The notes under the pieces were generated by a model. It did not search any database. It was not told the DNA's origin and saw only the letters and a list, made by a program, of their open reading frames with translations. Both the position numbers and the translations under genes were made by a program. A stretch of DNA of 62,574 nucleotides, counting the filler, from Rhabdomonas costata (Eukaryota): the NCBI GenBank assembly GCA_019059605.1. It is 36 parts of 36 records of this genome, joined end to end, with 100 filler letters (N's around TTAATTAATTAA, not from the genome) between each part and the next. Parts side by side here need not be neighbours in the genome. Positions count along the whole stretch, not along the records: positions 59,197 to 60,834 come from JAHMHO010011484.1; positions 60,935 to 62,574 come from JAHMHO010011485.1; 34 more parts are not named here. One strand, given 5' to 3'. Shown in pieces: positions 59,353-62,574 of the stretch (positions are counted from its first letter, which is position 1; each line of letters starts with the position of its first letter).

Positions 59353-60734
59353 CTTCAACACCCCGTTCCAGCTGGCCGTGCCTCACTCTCGGATGGGTGC
59401 GATCTGCAACAAACCCCCCGACAGCGCCTACACGGAGCTTCCTTTGCAGGAGGGGGACCTCGTTGTGATGGGTTTGTGCGTGCCGCCTCTCCTCCCGTGG
59501 CCCTTTGTGTCTGGACGTTCCTGAGAGCTTTGTTCATTGATCATAATGGAACTGCACTTGTAGTAAAAAGAGCGGTCGCCGCGCAGCATTCCTCCGGACT
59601 GATGAGGTGGGACCGTGAGGCAAACTTTTTGTACAGTTTTTATATAAAGGTGGCAAATGTGTACCCCCGCTGAACACATGTTATTTTCCGAGCACGGTGG
59701 TTTGGAAGAGCATGTCTATGGCCAATTGAGGATGCTTTTCGCCGAACGGGGGTTAGGCCTACTGTGCCACTTCCCCTTGCATGACGAGTTTTCGACTGTT
59801 TAACGTTCAACGCCCCATCCTCCATCCTCCTACCCCAAGGAAACAACAGTGACTTCGTCTTATTCTATGTGAATCACCACTGGAAGAGGAGGAATTCAAC
59901 TCTGCCGCTCCTTATGCTCCTTTCTCTCTCTCTTTTTCTTTTCTCGTCTCTATTTCTTACGATCAGCATTCATCTTCTTGCCTATTCGTTCGCATCCGTT
60001 AAATCCCTTCAAAAAGGCTCTGACGGGTTGTTTGACAATCTCTTCCCGGAGGAGATCGCGGCGATTGCCTCGCAGGCCAACCACCAGTCCGCGTTCTTCC
60101 TGACCAAGCTGCTGCGCCCCCCGCTGAGCATCAAGGAGACAACGGAGCTGCTGGAGAAGCAGTGCTTCGCTGCCTCCAAGGACCGCTTGAGGTCCACACT
60201 GCACCGAACCGCCCCAGAAGCTGCGAGCGATTTTTGAGGGGCTAACAGGCACCTGTTAACCCATGGCAGCAAAGTTGAGCAGTGTCATCAGCAACGTGCT
60301 AAGGCAGCCCGTGAGTGCTTTGGGAGTGGGGCTGTCCCAAAGCATCTGGAAGAGCGCAGGTTTTTTGTTGGGTGAAAGAAACTGCCTATACACCCTCTTT
60401 GTGCACGACACGGTGGTCATGTTCAAGGACAGCGGAACGAAGAAGGCTTTTGAAGTGCCTCTTTAGCAGCTGCCTCCCCCGCTCTCCCGCCTCTCCCGCC
60501 CCACTGCTAAGGAAGACTCCGTTCGGGGAGGACGCGGGGCGTGCTCGCATCAATTGGATGGGCGGGAAGCCCGACGACATCACGGTGGTGATGGCTCGAG
60601 TCCGCCGCCGCAAGCCCGCCACCGGGTACCCCACTCCGCCCCTTGGTTCCTTTGACTTGAAAGAAAGACCCGAAAGAAAACCTTTTCCGTATCGGAGGCA
60701 TGTTGTGAAAGCTTGTCGGAGGGAAAATAGTTGA
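59353..60734 (+). CDS. PTC7: PTC7-type PP2C phosphatase, C-terminal part
   Basis: Exons 59353-59471 (FNTPFQL...LQEGDLVVM), 60017-60191 (GSDGLFDNL) and 60512 onward (KTPF...GGKPDDITVV). Phases are consistent; the 3' end is uncertain. Confidence 0.88.
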
Positions 60735-61080
60735 TGCTCTTCATTGCTCTCTTTTTTCTTACAAGGCTGCGAGAGTGCTAGTCTTGTAAGAAAAAAGAGA
60801 GCAATGAAGAGCATCAACTATTTTCCCCCCCACANNNNNNNNNNNNNNNNNNNNNNNNNNNNNNNNNNNNNNNNNNNNTTAATTAATTAANNNNNNNNNN
60901 NNNNNNNNNNNNNNNNNNNNNNNNNNNNNNNNNNGGGGGGGTGGTGGGTGCGACAAGCTTCCAAGCTGCTGCTGGTGGTGCTCCCGTCACAGTCAGCGCT
61001 TTTCAGTAATAACCTGGCTGAGTTTGAGTTCCGGGAGGTTGTTCCGGTGTGTCTGTACCCGTTGTATCGCTCTGTGCCAG

Positions 61081-61267
61081 GTCTCGGTCCCGCTGTCGAT
61101 GAGCACGGGGTTGTACCTGCTGATGGAGTCCATCGCGCACAAGCTTCGGGCTCGCCGCGGGGTTTGCTATGCCCACGTCCCGTCCCGCGAGGAACTTTAC
61201 GCCGTGTCCGTCGTCGGCACGAGCTCGGCCCGTGCCCAGTTTACGAAGCACTGGGTCCCCACAACAA
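61081..61267 (+). CDS. Exon of an unidentified protein
   Basis: CCAG|VSVPLSMSTGLYLLMESIAHKLRARRG...HWVPTT-A|GTATGG, strongly GC3-biased, ends in phase 1. Confidence 0.45.
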
Positions 61268-61821
61268 GTATGGCATCCCGAGAGAAAGGAGTACGATAGG
61301 TCGCGTGCCTTTTTGTTTCCAGTTTTCGGCGGGAGGCCTCGAAGGTCATGTTGGGAATCGACTTTGCACCGAACTTTGGAAGGGACTATAGGTGTTCCCT
61401 CACTCCCGCTCTCTCCAACCAAGAAACAGCTTGCCGACCTCTTTTTCTGAGACTCTCCTCTCTTGGCCCTCACGAGTCCCTTTGTCGGGGCCTTTTTTAA
61501 TCCCTCCCTTTTGTCTCTGAACCACTCACTTGTCGCTGTAGATGGTTTGCCGGGTGGTGGTGGTCTCCTCTTAGCTCCTGTGTATCAATGATTGTTCTCG
61601 AGGATTGCAGTCCGGTTGTGGTTGAGTGATTAGGCGCACCTCCTGGTTACCCGCGTGGGGAGGTCGGTTTTATGAACAAAAAGACTCCAGGCCTGCATGG
61701 GCTTAGCCCTCTTAACACCTCTGTTGCCTGGATCCCTCCCACTGGGTTCACCGGAAGCGCCCCTCCTGCAGTTGTGGTTGCAAATTCATCTCCTCCCTTC
61801 CTTCACTCCCCGCGTTTTAAG

Positions 61822-62400
61822 GTGAACGCCATCTCGGACGCCCTGCGGAGCGGGATCACCGAGGCCGACCTGGCCGGGTGCACGGTGTACGTCACCCTGG
61901 AGCCCTGCTGCCACACCGGCCGTACCCCACCGTGCACCTCCGCTCTGTTGCGAATAAGAGCGGCCCGGGTGGTGGCAGCCGTGCAGGACCCAGACCCTCG
62001 GGTTGCGGGGAAGGGCCTTGAGCTGCTGCAGCGCTCGGGAGTCTCTGTTGCTGTGGGTACCTTTTCCCCTGCAACCCCTCCCTCCTCCTTTCACCGTTCT
62101 TGCATATTTTGGGATGTCATAATCCTTGGTTCCTTGGCGAGGGCCGCATATGAAAAAGGAAACGTATCTCTTAAATCCTTTCTCTTCCGTTTTCTCTTCT
62201 CCCGCACAGGTGTGTGCGCCGACGCTGCGCGGGCCTCGCTGGCGCCTTACCTGCACCACCGCCGGACGGGGCTGCCGTATGTCGTGCTGAAGGTGGCGCT
62301 GAGCGTCGACAGCGCTATCGCGTGTGCCGACGGCACCTCCCAGTGGATTAGTGGCCCTGAGGCACGGGCCCATTCCCACGGCATCCGAGCCGCCTCCCAG
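61822..62400 (+). CDS. ribD: RibD riboflavin biosynthesis deaminase/reductase, partial
   Basis: Exon 61822-62056 (TVYVTLEPCCHTGRTPPC...DPDPRVAGKGL), phase-1 GT-AG intron, exon 62210-62400 (GLPYVVLKVALSVD...DGTSQWISGPEARAHSHGIRAASQ). Confidence 0.93.
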
Positions 62401-62574
62401 GCACCCCCCCCTACCCCTCACTCATCAAACCAGAACACCCTCACACTCCACACACTGGGGAAGAATTTTGAGTGCTGGTTCTCTGCTCATGTGCGCGAGC
62501 CAGTTCATGGCACCTCCCATTCGGGCTTGACCCTCATTTCAATCATTGAAATGAAAGTCACAAGAACCCACCAC

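Noticed and set aside
1642-60933. Regularly spaced TTAATTAATTAA palindromes as a CRISPR-like or biological repeat array
   Set aside because: They are embedded in N-runs and are a six-frame-stop assembly linker. The spacing only reflects similar contig lengths.
60948-61391. Frame reading AVDEHGVVPADGVHRAQ as the missing RibD N-terminal segment
   Set aside because: It has no HAE motif, and codon bias favours the other frame.
1-62574. Operon or gene-cluster interpretation of neighbouring genes (e.g. the two PP2Cs, NSUN next to viral DNA)
   Set aside because: Adjacent contigs are artificially concatenated, so adjacency carries no information.

Overview
This window is not one locus. It is 36 unrelated contigs of about 1.64 kb each, joined by 35 artificial N44-TTAATTAATTAA-N44 linkers. 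Many contig ends carry G/T-only (or A/C-only) tags resembling whole-genome-amplification primers. Most contigs come from an intron-rich eukaryote, probably a euglenid-like protist (inference from degenerate GT donors, a class III cyclase and one non-GT intron with euglenid-type end pairing). Spliced gene fragments reconstructed by hand: ArsC-family reductase (complete), class III nucleotide cyclase, fucosyltransferase-like protein, CASP/COY1, LCIB-like theta carbonic anhydrase, NSUN-type RNA m5C methyltransferase, eIF4G MIF4G domain, PTC7-type PP2C, RibD, a WD40-like protein and an intronless Piezo-like segment. Three highlights: (1) an AT-rich contig (50496-52135) that looks like decaying giant-virus (Imitervirales-like) DNA, with an AAAATTGA early-promoter motif, an orphan ORF and a broken PP2C interrupted by a palindromic element; (2) an open Penelope-like retroelement ORF with the GIY-YIG nuclease N-terminal to the RT (Naiad/Chlamys layout); (3) a GG-AG intron whose ends pair in the euglenid non-conventional register. 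All family calls come from motif recognition, not database searches. Most ORF-track entries are spurious.
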